Of a DNA stretch of 46,437 nt, positions 35,846-46,437 are shown in pieces. Both the position numbers and the translations under genes were made by a program. Source of the DNA: Octopus bimaculoides (taxonomy: Eukaryota); the NCBI RefSeq assembly GCF_001194135.2, contig NC_068996.1, positions 25,476,306 through 25,522,742 of the forward strand. The letters run 5' to 3'. The notes below the pieces were generated by a model. The model ran no database searches. It was not told the DNA's origin and saw only the letters and a list, made by a program, of their open reading frames with translations. The first letter of the stretch is position 1, and the number at the start of each line of letters is the position of its first letter.

Positions 35846-36667
35846 GAAGCAACATAATAGATATATTATGTTGCTTCTATAATATATCTATGTTTAGTAG
35901 GGTATAAAGTTTGCCATTTAGTAATAATACTGCCTCCATTGCTAATACTTAATATTTTTTTAAAAAAGAGGAAAAGAAGAAGGAAGAGGAGAAAGGACAT
36001 GCAAACAATATATTGCTCTCTTTCTCTCTCTCTCTTATATATATATTATATATAGGTATATATATGATAAAAGGAGATGAATGAGTTATTTGGTAATGCT
36101 ATGGTTGCTTCATCAAGAATCTTTATTCTGATGCAAACATGGTACAGCCAGTTACACAATATGCACAACATCTACAAGCTATAAGATTATGCAGTATGTT
36201 ATACAATGCTCAACTCATCTGAATTGTTGATTCATCAGCATGTCACTACTTATTTGTATATTTGGTAAGCCTGATGAGTTGAGAGTCACATAATGTATTA
36301 CACAATCTTATAGATTTTTCGCATACTGCACACTTGACTATATATATNNNNNNNNNNNNNNNNNNNNNNNNNNNNNNNNNNNNNNNNNNNNNNNNNNNNN
36401 NNNNNNNNNNNNNNNNNNNNNNNNNNNNNNNNNNNNNNNNNNNNNNNNNNNNNNNNNNNNNNNNNNNNNNNNNNNNNNNNNNNNNNNNNNNNNNNNNNNN
36501 NNNNNNNNNNNNNNNNNNNNNNNNNNNNNNNNNNNNNNNNNNNNNNNNNNNNNNNNNNNNNNNNNNNNNNNNNNNNNNNNNNNNNNNNNNNNNNNNNNNN
36601 NNNNNNNNNNNNNNNNNNNNNNNNNNNNNNNNNNNNNNNNNNNNNNNNNNNNNNNNNNNNNNNNNNN

Positions 36668-36697
<30 letters not shown>

Positions 36698-36702
<5 letters not shown>

Positions 36703-37299
36703 TCTGATCAATAAGTATCTGGACTGTTGCCATAATAACAAAGCTAAAGCACAGTGAAACCGCTTGGTACAGATTAATTTTGAATTCATGTCAATAGTGA
36801 TGAATGCTCTGGGAGATCCACAACCAGAACTGTGATAGAAAATTGTTGAATCACCATCCGTGAGTTATCAGAGGATGTGCAGATTAGTTACAGTTCAGTT
36901 CAGTCCATTATCACTGAAGATTTGGGTATGAGACACGTATCTGCCAAGTTTGTACCAAAACTGATTTCAGCTGACCTAAAAGACACTTAGGTTTCAGTTG
37001 CACAAGATTTCCTTGATTGTGTCAAGAATGATGAAATCTTTTTGAAAACTTGCCAAGCTCTCGACAAAATTTAATGCAGATTCTTTGCTCAGCTTTCTCT
37101 GTCATGGTCAATGTGATGATCACGTGCTACACATGTTCCTTCCAAGCACTGCTGTAAACAGCGGAAGTGAGCTAGAATGTTTAAACTTAGTGTACGTGCA
37201 CAGCAGAGTTCAAGGTCAATCTGTGCCAAGCAGCTTCACTCCTCATGCTTTAGCTTCATTGCTATGGCAGCAGTCTGGATACTTATTGATCAGACCACA
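36698..37299. mobile_element. Non-autonomous mariner derivative built from two opposed 5' ends
   Basis: TIR TCTGATCAATAAGTATC at both ends within TA; internal plus TIRELSEDVQIS..LGMRHVSAKFVPKL. Confidence 0.8.
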
Positions 37300-37304
37300 T
37301 ATGT

Positions 37305-37603
37305 TGTTCTTGGCACTCCGTCACTTACGACGTCGAGGGTTCCAGTTGATCCGATCAACGGAACAGCCTGCTCGTGAAGAGCACTCCACAGACACGTGTA
37401 CCCTTAACATAGTTCTCGGGGATACTCAGCGTGACACAGTGCGACAAGGCTGACCTTTCGAATTACAGGCACAACAGAAACAGGAAGTAAGAGTGAGAGA
37501 AAGTTGTGGTGAAAGAGTACAGTAGGGTTCGCCACCATCCCCTGCCGGAGCCTCGTGGAGCTTTCAGGTGTTTTTGCTCAATAAACACTCACAACACCCG
37601 GTC
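37305..37603 (-). mobile_element. Young SINE-like element sharing the family C tail with a different head
   Basis: Minus 3' half aligns to about 25800-25965 (about 22-bp deletion); CpGs retained; 5' end runs into a gap. Confidence 0.7.
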
Positions 37604-37765
37604 NNNNNNNNNNNNNNNNNNNNNNNNNNNNNNNNNNNNNNNNNNNNNNNNNNNNNNNNNNNNNNNNNNNNNNNNNNNNNNNNNNNNNNNNNNNNNNNNN
37701 NNNNNNNNNNNNNNNNNNNNNNNNNNNNNNNNNNNNNNNNNNNCATGCACCGGCACACATATATG

Positions 37766-37797
<32 letters not shown>

Positions 37798-37959
37798 CTG
37801 AAATAAAAGATGGACTGCTCTCTGTTGTAACATTTCAGATTTTAGATGTGTCAAATGAAGGTTAACCTGGGGTTAAATACTACCATAACTAGGCCACTAC
37901 TGCTGCTTCCACTACAACTTCTGCTGAGGTTACCACCTCTGTTATAGTCACAACAGTCA

Positions 37960-38216
37960 ACAACGAGCAACACTGCTAACCCCCACTAAACATTACCACC
38001 ACCACCACCACCACCATTAACACCAGCATCAACTCCATGAATATCCCCACCACCAAAACCGCTAACACCACCACCAACATCACTACAACCACTGTTATAA
38101 CAATCACTGCTAGTACCACTACCACCACCACCACTACAGCCACTACTATGATCATCACTGCTATCACTATCAATACAACCACCATTGCTACTACCACTGC
38201 TACCGCCGCCACCACC

Positions 38217-38248
<32 letters not shown>

Positions 38249-38252
38249 CAAT
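37960..38252. repeat. (ACC)/(AAC)/(ACT) low-complexity tract
   Basis: Directly visible. Confidence 0.85.
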
Positions 38253-38298
38253 AAATGTAACCGAATATAAACTGAACTATATAAAGTTTACAACTTAC

Positions 38299-38522
38299 CT
38301 GTCCCATGAAATAAATAGAATTCGCAGTAAGTTCCATATCCGTGCTGAGGTCGATATAGTAGCTGTTTCCTCGTGGGAAAACCACATCATCTGTTGGACA
38401 TGGAACCTTTTCTGAATCCAAAGAATGATAGTCAGCATCACAATTGGCTGATCTTGATTTTGCAACACACCAATTTGCGGGATCTACCCATTCTCTTCCA
38501 TAGGTGGCATTGAATTCTACCT
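38299..38522 (-). CDS. AMN: Amnionless-like, coding exon 2 of 4 found
   Basis: TTCTTTATTATTCAG acceptor, 224 nt (E)VEFNATYGREWVDPANWC..DSEKVPCPTDDVVFPRGNSYYIDL..YFMGQ, GTAAGT donor; cf. AMN WHDPHLW..DAERVPCRHDDVFFP. Confidence 0.93.
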
Positions 38523-38837
38523 CTGAATAATAAAGAATAATTACTTTTATGTGGCATCATTCCACAAATCATATGAATGAAGGTAAGAATCTCATAGTCT
38601 TCAAACAGTAGCAGGGTATATTCCCCCAAGAAATACCAGACAAATTGATGATACCTGGGTATGTTCCAACCAACAATTCTTAATATGTGTTTTGAAATGT
38701 AACTTGGTAGACTTCACCAGGTGATGCTGTTTAGTCGGACATGACACTGGATAAAGGCTTGTCTAAACTTATGTTTATATTTGACTACACGCATGCACAC
38801 ATGCATGCATGCACACACACACACACACACACGTTTT

Positions 38838-39247
38838 TTCGTTTATCTTTTTCTTGTTTTAGTCATTAGACTGCAGCCATGCTGGGGCACTGCCTTGAAG
38901 GGTTTAGTCAAACAAATCAACCCCATTACTTATTTTGTTTTAAAAAGTGTGGTGCTTATTCTAACTGCTAAGTTATGGAAATGTAAACAAACCAACACTG
39001 GCTGTCAAGCGGTGGTTGGGGGATAAAGACACATGCACATAGATACATAGATACATTCACACGCACTCACACTCACACGCACACGCACACACAATCAGGT
39101 TCTTTCAGTTTTCATCTACCAAATCCACGCACAAAGCTTTGGTTGGTTTGGGGCTATAATAGAAGATATTTTCCTGAAATGTCACATAGTGGAACTGAAT
39201 CCAGAACCATGTGGTTGGGAAGCAAATTTCTCACCACACAGCCACAA
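38838..39247 (-). mobile_element. SINE family A, full length
   Basis: Head at about 39245, tail at about 38840. Confidence 0.85.
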
Positions 39248-39430
39248 CAGCATTTACTGTCCTTCTTCTATGATGGCATAGGATGGACAATTTGACAAGT
39301 TCTGATGAGCCAGTGAATGCCAAAGAATGCCAAAGCAGGCATTGAAGCTTGAATGTTTGCTTTGGCATTCTTTGTATGGCTGGATGCACTTCCTAATGCA
39401 AAATACTTTTCCTAATTTCAAAATGCCTTT

Positions 39431-39670
39431 CTTAACATCAAGATGTCCTTCTTAAAGCCAAGATGACCTTCCTAAAACTAAGATGACCCTCCTAAAACCA
39501 TGATGACCTACTTAAAGCCAAGATGACCTTTCTAAAGCCAAGATGACCTTCCTAAAGCCAAGATGACCTTTTTAAAGCAAAGATGACCTTCTTAGAGCCA
39601 AGATGACCTACTTAAAGCCAAGATGACCTTCCTAAAGCCAAGATGACCTTCCTAAAGCCAAGATGGCCTT
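39431..39670. repeat. Minisatellite, 12 x 20 bp, consensus CYTAAAGCCAAGATGACCTT
   Basis: 12 contiguous units counted, no spacers. Confidence 0.95.
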
Positions 39671-40248
39671 CTCTGTATGTGCACAACTGTGTAGGTACAG
39701 TATGGCTGAATAGTCGAGAAGTTTCCTTTGCTACCATGAGGTCATAATTTCAATTCTGATGCATGGCATCTTGGGCAAGTCTCTTTTTCCCTCTATAATT
39801 AAGTAATAATGTTTGTTTTTCTCTTTTAACTGATAAAGTGAAAATATCTTAAACAAATGTCAGGGTAGGTCTTGTTTTGGAGGTAAGCCAAAACAAGTCT
39901 ATATTTGTTCCAGTGATGCCCCTTAACATACCCTAATCATCTTTTAACATAAGTGTTTTCCCTGTAGGCATTGATTAAACAGATGGTCATTGTTCAGATT
40001 TGGGCAAGACTTCCTTTTGTACCCCCCCAAAACACCCCTTTTTTTAATTTAATTTTTTTTTTCTACACAAACCCCTGTTTTCGGCTATGGAGAATACGAA
40101 TCTGCAAAAAAATTGGCAAAAATTGGCATTACCTCCCCCTACCTCCACTAAATTCTTCATTTTTACTTTTTTCAGAATTTTTTTTTCAAAATATACGGAA
40201 AAATACGGAGATAATGATTCTGAAAAAAATTTCAAAATGTTTTTCTAC

Positions 40249-40368
40249 TTAGGGTTAGGGTTAGGGTTTTAGGGTTATGGTTTTAGGGTTATGGTTAGGG
40301 TTAGTTTTAGGGTTTTAGGGTTAGGGGTAGAGTTTTAGGGTTAGGGTTAGGGTTTTAGGGTTAGGGTT
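40249..40368 (+). repeat. Interstitial telomeric-type (TTAGGG)n with TTTTAGGG/TTATGG variants
   Basis: Directly visible. Confidence 0.9.
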
Positions 40369-40928
40369 ACCGAAAAAAGTGAAAAACGACGAAATTGTTG
40401 GGGGTGGGNNNNNNNNNNNNNNNNNNNNNNNNNNNNNNNNNNNNNNNNNNNNNNNNNNNNNNNNNNNNNNNNNNNNNNNNNNNNNNNNNNNNNNNNNNNN
40501 NNNNNNNNNNNNNNNNNNNNNNNNNNNNNNNNNNNNNNNNNNNNNNNNNNNNNNNNNNNNNNNNNNNNNNNNNNNNNNNNNNNNNNNNNNNNNNNNNNNN
40601 NNNNNNNNNNNNNNNNNNNNNNNNNNNNNNNNNNNNNNNNNNNNNNNNNNNNNNNNNNNNNNNNNNNNNNNNNNNNNNNNNNNNNNNNNNNNNNNNNNNN
40701 NNNNNNNNNNNNNNNNNNNNNNNNNNNNNNNNNNNNNNNNNNNNNNNNNNNNNNNNNNNNNNNNNNNNNNNNNNNNNNNNNNNNNNNNNNNNNNNNNNNN
40801 NNNNNNNNNNNNNNNNNNNNNNNNNNNNNNNNNNNNNNNNNNNNNNNNNNNNNNNNNNNNNNNNNNNNNNNNNNNNNNNNNNNNNNNNNNNNNNNNNNNN
40901 NNNNNNNNNNNNNNNNNNNNNNNNNNNN

Positions 40929-40978
<50 letters not shown>

Positions 40979-42174
40979 AATACACACACATACACACAAA
41001 CACACACACAAATACACACACACACACACACACATATTTAAGACAAAAAAAAGCTTGAAGTTACATACACCACCTTCAAACATACATAAGAAAATAAAAT
41101 GACCCACAAACATAATTAGAGCAGTCACAAGCACTACCACATTTATTTACACAAAGAAGCAACAACAATGGGACATAACCAGTACATTAGATCTCTGAAT
41201 CAGCAGGGTTGTTAAGAGTGTAGACAAAATGCCTTGATTCTTTCAGGGTCAATAAAATAAGTACCAGTTGAACACTTGGGGTTGATGTAATCAACTTACC
41301 CCCTACCCCGAAATTGCTGACCTTGTGCCAAAATTTGAAATTATTATTTGTTCAGGATCTCCACATTCTGTGTTCAAATCTCAATGAAACCAATGTTACT
41401 CTATACTCCTGAATAGAGCATTAGAGGAATTGTTAGAGATGTTGTGTAAGATGCTTTGTGGTATTTATTGAGACCATTTGTGTTCTGAGTTCTTGGATGA
41501 TAGATTTAATCTGTCTCCTGGTTTAGCACCACCACCTGGTCCTTGAAAGCCTTTAGCAGAGTCCATTATGTTGAAGACATTTGAGCCAGGTTTCTCATTT
41601 GAGGATAACTACCTCCTGACTTAGAGGTTCTGTAAAGGTATAGGTTCTTAGATGTTGTCCTTTGCTCTCTGGAGGACAACATCATCACATCGATACATCA
41701 TAACATCAATATCCTCACTGTGCTGGAATGTATACAACTAGAGCTAAATGTAGAGGAACAACATAAATGCCATGCTGTGATAATGTCTACTTTGTCCACC
41801 TATTCTATTGCCATTTCTGTTATTGCTATGGTTTAGTCTCAGAATTAATCTGTTTTTGTACAACCTGCTAAACTAGTGGAGCAAAAAAGAATGAGAATCC
41901 ACAACACAAGGAGTCTTCAAACAGAAAGCAACTCACCCAGATACTGAGCTATCCTCAAAATGAACATTTCATCTGAAAACTTACAACAGACTGGACTCTG
42001 CTAAAGCCACCCAAGGATCAGATGTGGGTATTAAACTGGCTGACAGATTAATTCTACCACCCTGAAAAAATGTACGTTTCATTCTGTTAGGCTTCTAAGC
42101 AGTTTCAGTTTTTACCTGACGTTCACAAAACTTTGGATGACTTAAGGATTTGCTAATAGATATTTGCTTAGGTG

Positions 42175-42495
42175 AAGGTGCATGGCTTAATGGTTAGGGT
42201 ATTTGGTTCATGGTTGTAAGGTCTTGGGTTCAATTCATGGCTGTGTATTGTGCCCTTGACCAAGACATTTTATTTCATGTTACTCCAGTCCACTCATCTG
42301 GCAAAAGTGAGTAGCACCTGTATTTCAAAGGGCTAGCCTTGATGCATTCTGTGTCATGTTGAATCTTCTCATGAACTACATTAAGGGTACACATGTCTAT
42401 GGAGTGCTCAGCCACATGCACATTAATTTCATGAGCAAGCTGTTTCATTGATTAGAACAACTGGAATCCTTATTGATGTAACCAACTAGTGTCAG
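42175..42495 (+). mobile_element. SINE family C, full length
   Basis: Colinear with 25643-25965. Confidence 0.8.
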
Positions 42496-42656
42496 TAGTA
42501 CTTGCTTAGGTTTCTGAGCAGTGGTGTTAAAACAATGTGAAGGTATGAGGTCTGATGGTTAAGATATTGCATTCATGGTCATAAGGCTGTCAGTTTAATA
42601 CCAGCATTGTGTATCATGTCCTTGAGCAAATATGTTTATTTCATATTGCTCTAGGC

Positions 42657-42981
42657 CAGGGCTGGCCAACCTGAGGCCTGCAAACTTTTATCTTGTGGCC
42701 TGCTTGATACTTTCTTGAAATGGGCTTTTTTAAACAAACATTTAAAAATTTTTATCAAAAATTAAAGATTGTAATGAAAAGTGGCAATAAAGTGGAATAG
42801 TATAAGTGGCAATAAAGCAATAGCCTACAATTATATCATTTTAAACGAATGAAAAGTATGAAAAATTCTTGCTTCTGTAATTTGATTATTTGATTATTAG
42901 TGCATAAAGTAAACAAGTGGTCCTCAAAAAACTTTCTGTGATTAAAGTGGCCCGCAATGCAATTTAAGTTGGCCAGGCCTA
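42657..42981. mobile_element. hAT (Charlie/Buster-like) MITE inserted into a SINE
   Basis: TIR CAGGGCTGGCCAAC / GTTGGCCAGGCCTA; 8-bp TSD CTCTAGGC (42649-42656) / CTCTAGAC (42982-42989). Confidence 0.8.
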
Positions 42982-43344
42982 CTCTAGACAATATAGCTAA
43001 AAATAAGTACAAGCCATATTCCAGTGCAGTCCTTTCTTCTTCTAGCTGTCACATTCTGTATGTTCTGTTGAGTGGAGGAGTAGGAGGACTGACAGGATGT
43101 TGATTTCCGCTTGTGAACATAAAGGCAAAAGTAGACGACATGCAACTAGTGAGTGATGACTATGGATGGGAGGTATTGAAACCAGAATAAAAGTGCTTCC
43201 AAAGCAAACTCTTAGTTGCATAATCAAGCATGTACTTAATTGATAACAAAGGCAGGTAAGTAAAGAGATGGGCATTAATAAAAAATGCATTAAGTTCAAA
43301 GGGTAGCCTTTCTTTTGGCAATTCAGAAAATGCAAAATTCTTAC

Positions 43345-43438
43345 CTTGACCAGAATTAGCACAGCTTGTACTAGGGCTAGAAGTGAATCCTAGTTCCATG
43401 AATGAATTCAGAATTAGCATTCCATTCTTGGGGAATAC
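43345..43438 (-). CDS. AMN: Amnionless-like, coding exon 1 of 4 found
   Basis: TTTCTTCTTTCTCAAG acceptor, 94 nt VFPKNGMLILNSFMELGFTSSPSTSCANSGQ-G, GTAAGA donor; G+AG gives Glu in frame with the next exon; cf. AMN LLPLDGELVLASG..DCGAGE. Confidence 0.88.
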
Positions 43439-43492
43439 CTTGAGAAAGAAGAAATCGAAGTATAATAATTATTTAGATTATGTATGTATGTA

Positions 43493-43531
<39 letters not shown>

Positions 43532-43744
43532 GAGAGAGATAGAGACTAATAGAAAAATTTCTTCATAGAAGCACACTGTCTGAAAAAATTTTTCTGAAAT
43601 TAAAACTATTAATTATATAAAAAATTAAAAAGCTTTTAAAAGAGCAGCTTGACACAGACCCACAGACCTTAAGGAAAGAAGCTTTTGTACTGTAGACAAT
43701 ATTTACTGTTTACAGTTTTTTAAACACAAATGGTTTTTTTTTTA

Positions 43745-44945
43745 AAGATATGGAAGCAAGGTCTAGATTTCAGGTATGGAAGCAAGGTCTAGAATTGAAG
43801 GGCCTTAGAGTTAACCTAGCAAAAACCAGTAGGAAAGCAGACAAATCACAAATCCCTTCAAGTATATGGCCCTGCTCGATCTGTAGAAAAGGTGTAGGTA
43901 GATGTACCCATTGTAAACTATGGACACATAAGATGTACCCAATGTAAGATTTGCCCAATGTAAGATGTACCCGATGTAAGATGTACCTGATGTAAGCTAT
44001 GGACACATAAAAAGTGCAGCAATATTAAAGGAAGGTTAACAGGGAAAATAGCTTTTGTGTGTGGATGATGTACAGGTACAATAAACACCGAAAATATACA
44101 GAAAACAGACTCCATCAATTGCCAGGGTGGTAAGCTAGAGGTAGTAGATAGCTTCCATTATCTAAGTAACCAAGTTAGTAGCAGAGTTGGATGCTCCAAG
44201 AGCATAGCTGTGAGAATAAGATTAGGCTGGACAAAGTTTAGAGAGCTTCTACTTCTGCTGGTAAAAAAAGGCCTTTCCTTCAGAGTGAAAGGCAGATTGT
44301 ATGATGCCTGTGTGTGAACAGCTATGCTTCATGGCAGTGAAATGTGACCTATGACAACCGAGGACATGTATTGACTTGAAAGAAATGAAGCCAGTATGCT
44401 TCACTGGATGTACAGAGTCAATGTGCATGTTTGACAGAGTGTAAGCATCTTGAGAGAAAAGTTAGGCATAAGAGGCATTAGATGTGGTGTGCAAGAGAGA
44501 CGGCTGTGCTGGTATGGTCATGTGATGTGTATGGATGAGGACAGTTGTGTAGAGAAATGTTGATCTCTAACTGTGGAGGGAACCTGTGGTAGAGGTTGAC
44601 CCAGGAGGACATGGTACAAGGTGGTGAAGCATGATTTTTGTACTTTGGGCCTCACAGAGGCAATGACTGGTGATCGAGACCTTTGGCATTATGTCATGCT
44701 TGAGAAGAAGACTCATCAAGCTATGTAAAATTGCAGTCATGGCAGATACTGGTGTCACACAAATGGCACCCATGCCGGTGGCACGCAAAAGCACCCATTA
44801 CACTCTCAGAGTTTTTGGTGTTAGGAAATACACCCAGCTGTAGAAACTATGCAAAATCAGACTGAAGTCTGGTGCAGCTGTCCACCTTACTAGCCCTGGT
44901 CCAAACATTTGACCCATGTCAGTATGGACAATGAATTTTAAATGA
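43745..44945 (+). mobile_element. RTE LINE 3' portion with 3' UTR
   Basis: GLRVNLAKT..CSICRKGVG; GKLEVVDSFHYL; RLCWYGHV; tail ending in (TA)n. Confidence 0.85.
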
Positions 44946-44961
44946 ATATATATATATATAT

Positions 44962-45298
44962 ATGTAGATATATAAAAAGATAAAGAGAGCAATGGTAAGG
45001 TTGGAAATATATTTTATGGATAGAGTCTTACAGCTGTTTCTGGGAAGATCCAGTATTTCCCTTCATCGGAGACAGAAATAGTAAAGGAATCGATTATTAT
45101 ATCCATAGGAGGAGAGTTTTAGTATGAAGTGATAGTGAATGTGATCCGCCTATGGATATAATAATCGATTCCTTTACTATTTCTGTCTTCGATGAAGGGA
45201 AGTACTGGATCTTCCCAGAAACAGCTGTAAGACTCTATCCATAAAATATATTTCCAACCTTACCATTCCTCTCTTTATCTTTTTATATATTTATACAT
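44962..45298. mobile_element. Young foldback element (about 150-bp arms, 31-nt loop)
   Basis: 44962-45113 is the reverse complement of 45145-45298 with only about 5 mismatches. Confidence 0.9.
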
Positions 45299-45454
45299 AC
45301 ACACGCTAATACATGACTTATAATCCCCAATCCTGTTCATACAACGACTGGGGCAAAACTAGTCGGTATACAGCACTTACTCAGTATTACCTGTATCCTC
45401 TAGGGTTTGGTTAAATCCAATACCCTCCTCAACCTTGTATATATATATATATAT

Positions 45455-46140
45455 AAGTGAAAAATTATCTGCACTGTCACCATGACATATCTTTATTATT
45501 GTCAAACTGCCTTCTTTGCATTTGTGCTTATAGTTGGTACTATTGTGGTCACGTGATCAAAATTTGAGCCTGATCACACTATTTTCCTTTCTAGTTTTAC
45601 AGTGTAAGCATGGCCACTCCACTAGCAATGTGCACTGAAGAAGAACAAAGAGCAGTGATCCGATCAAGAGTGCAAGATATAGTACTTTGCTGGCCAACAA
45701 ACTGAAGCCAGCAGTTAGTACCAAATGCTAAAGCCTATTGTCAAAGTAAGTTTTGTTGTTACATGACAATGCATACCCATACATGGCTGCCCAGATCATT
45801 GAAACTATTAACCAATTGGGTTCTGAGGTGCTGGAATACACTACTTACAGCCCAGAACTTGGCCTTTCCGACTATCATATCTTTGGGTTGCACTAAAATG
45901 ATTTATGAGGTTGTCAATTTCCTACAGAAGAAGATATGAAGGAAGCAGTGCATAAATGGTTGCAAAACCAAATGAAAACCTTCTTCTTGGAGGAAATACA
46001 CAAGCTTGTTGACTGCTGGATCAAGTGCATTGAAGAGGAAGGAGACAATATAGAAAAATGATGTACTTGTTTATTGTCTGCTTTTGTGTAAATACATTGG
46101 AAAAACAAGAGTTCATATAATTTTTGCATATAACTGTTTA
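45455..46140 (+). mobile_element. Internally deleted mariner
   Basis: MATPLAMCTEEEQRAVIR joined to LLHDNAYP..YSPELGLSDYHIFG..WIKCIEEEGDNIEK (D,D34D-type end). Confidence 0.85.
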
Positions 46141-46158
46141 CTCTCCTTTATATATATA

Positions 46159-46245
46159 CTAGCAGAAATACCCGGCTTTGCCCGGGTTAAAGAGAATAAT
46201 GAAATCTAAAAACGCCGTCTAGACTACGCAACCCTCAACTGTTAG
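46159..46245 (-). mobile_element. Helitron-type 3' terminus
   Basis: Minus CCCGGGCAAAGCCGGG hairpin, 8 nt, then CTAG followed by T. Confidence 0.65.
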
Positions 46246-46437
46246 TAGCTACGATACCATATTTCTACATTAATAACTCTCCAATCCATGCCAGCATGGA
46301 ACATAGACATTAAGTGGAATGCCAGTCTCTCATCTAGGAGGGCCTTGAAATCAATGTTACCAACTGGGGACTATGTGTGTCGTAGTGATAATAAAAAGAC
46401 CCAAAGGAGGTCTGCAACGAAATAATTTTACTCAACA

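Noticed and set aside
39431-39670. Regular short repeats resembling a CRISPR array
   Set aside because: Units are contiguous with no unique spacers, there are no cas genes, and the context is eukaryotic.

Overview
AT-rich, repeat-saturated animal DNA with 10 N-gaps, mostly at microsatellites. The SINE/RTE/mariner repertoire looks like an octopus-type cephalopod assembly (inference). There are no prokaryotic features and no CRISPR. One host gene is supported: four minus-strand coding exons (43345-43438, 38299-38522, 26008-26166, 23813-23909) splice in frame with GT-AG sites into 191 codons of an amnionless (AMN) homologue; its N-terminal exons and post-VWC/TM exons were not found. An intronless, frameshifted tectonic (TCTN) pseudogene lies at about 14880-16050 (minus). 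A decayed, nearly full-length R4/Dong-type LINE (about 9000-13260, minus) carries two related solo-LTR-like inserts. These share a 5' end, AATAAA spacing and a terminal C-TAAA-G hairpin, and removing them restores the LINE frame; this is the most unusual structure found. Also present: a CpG-rich promoter-like island (about 7560-8950), a tRNA-Ser(AGA) pseudogene, interstitial (TTAGGG)n, a 12x20-bp minisatellite, several long foldbacks/hairpins in AMN introns, and many SINE, RTE, mariner, piggyBac-like, hAT and Helitron remnants. Family assignments come from recalled motifs, not database searches; boundaries of decayed repeats are approximate.
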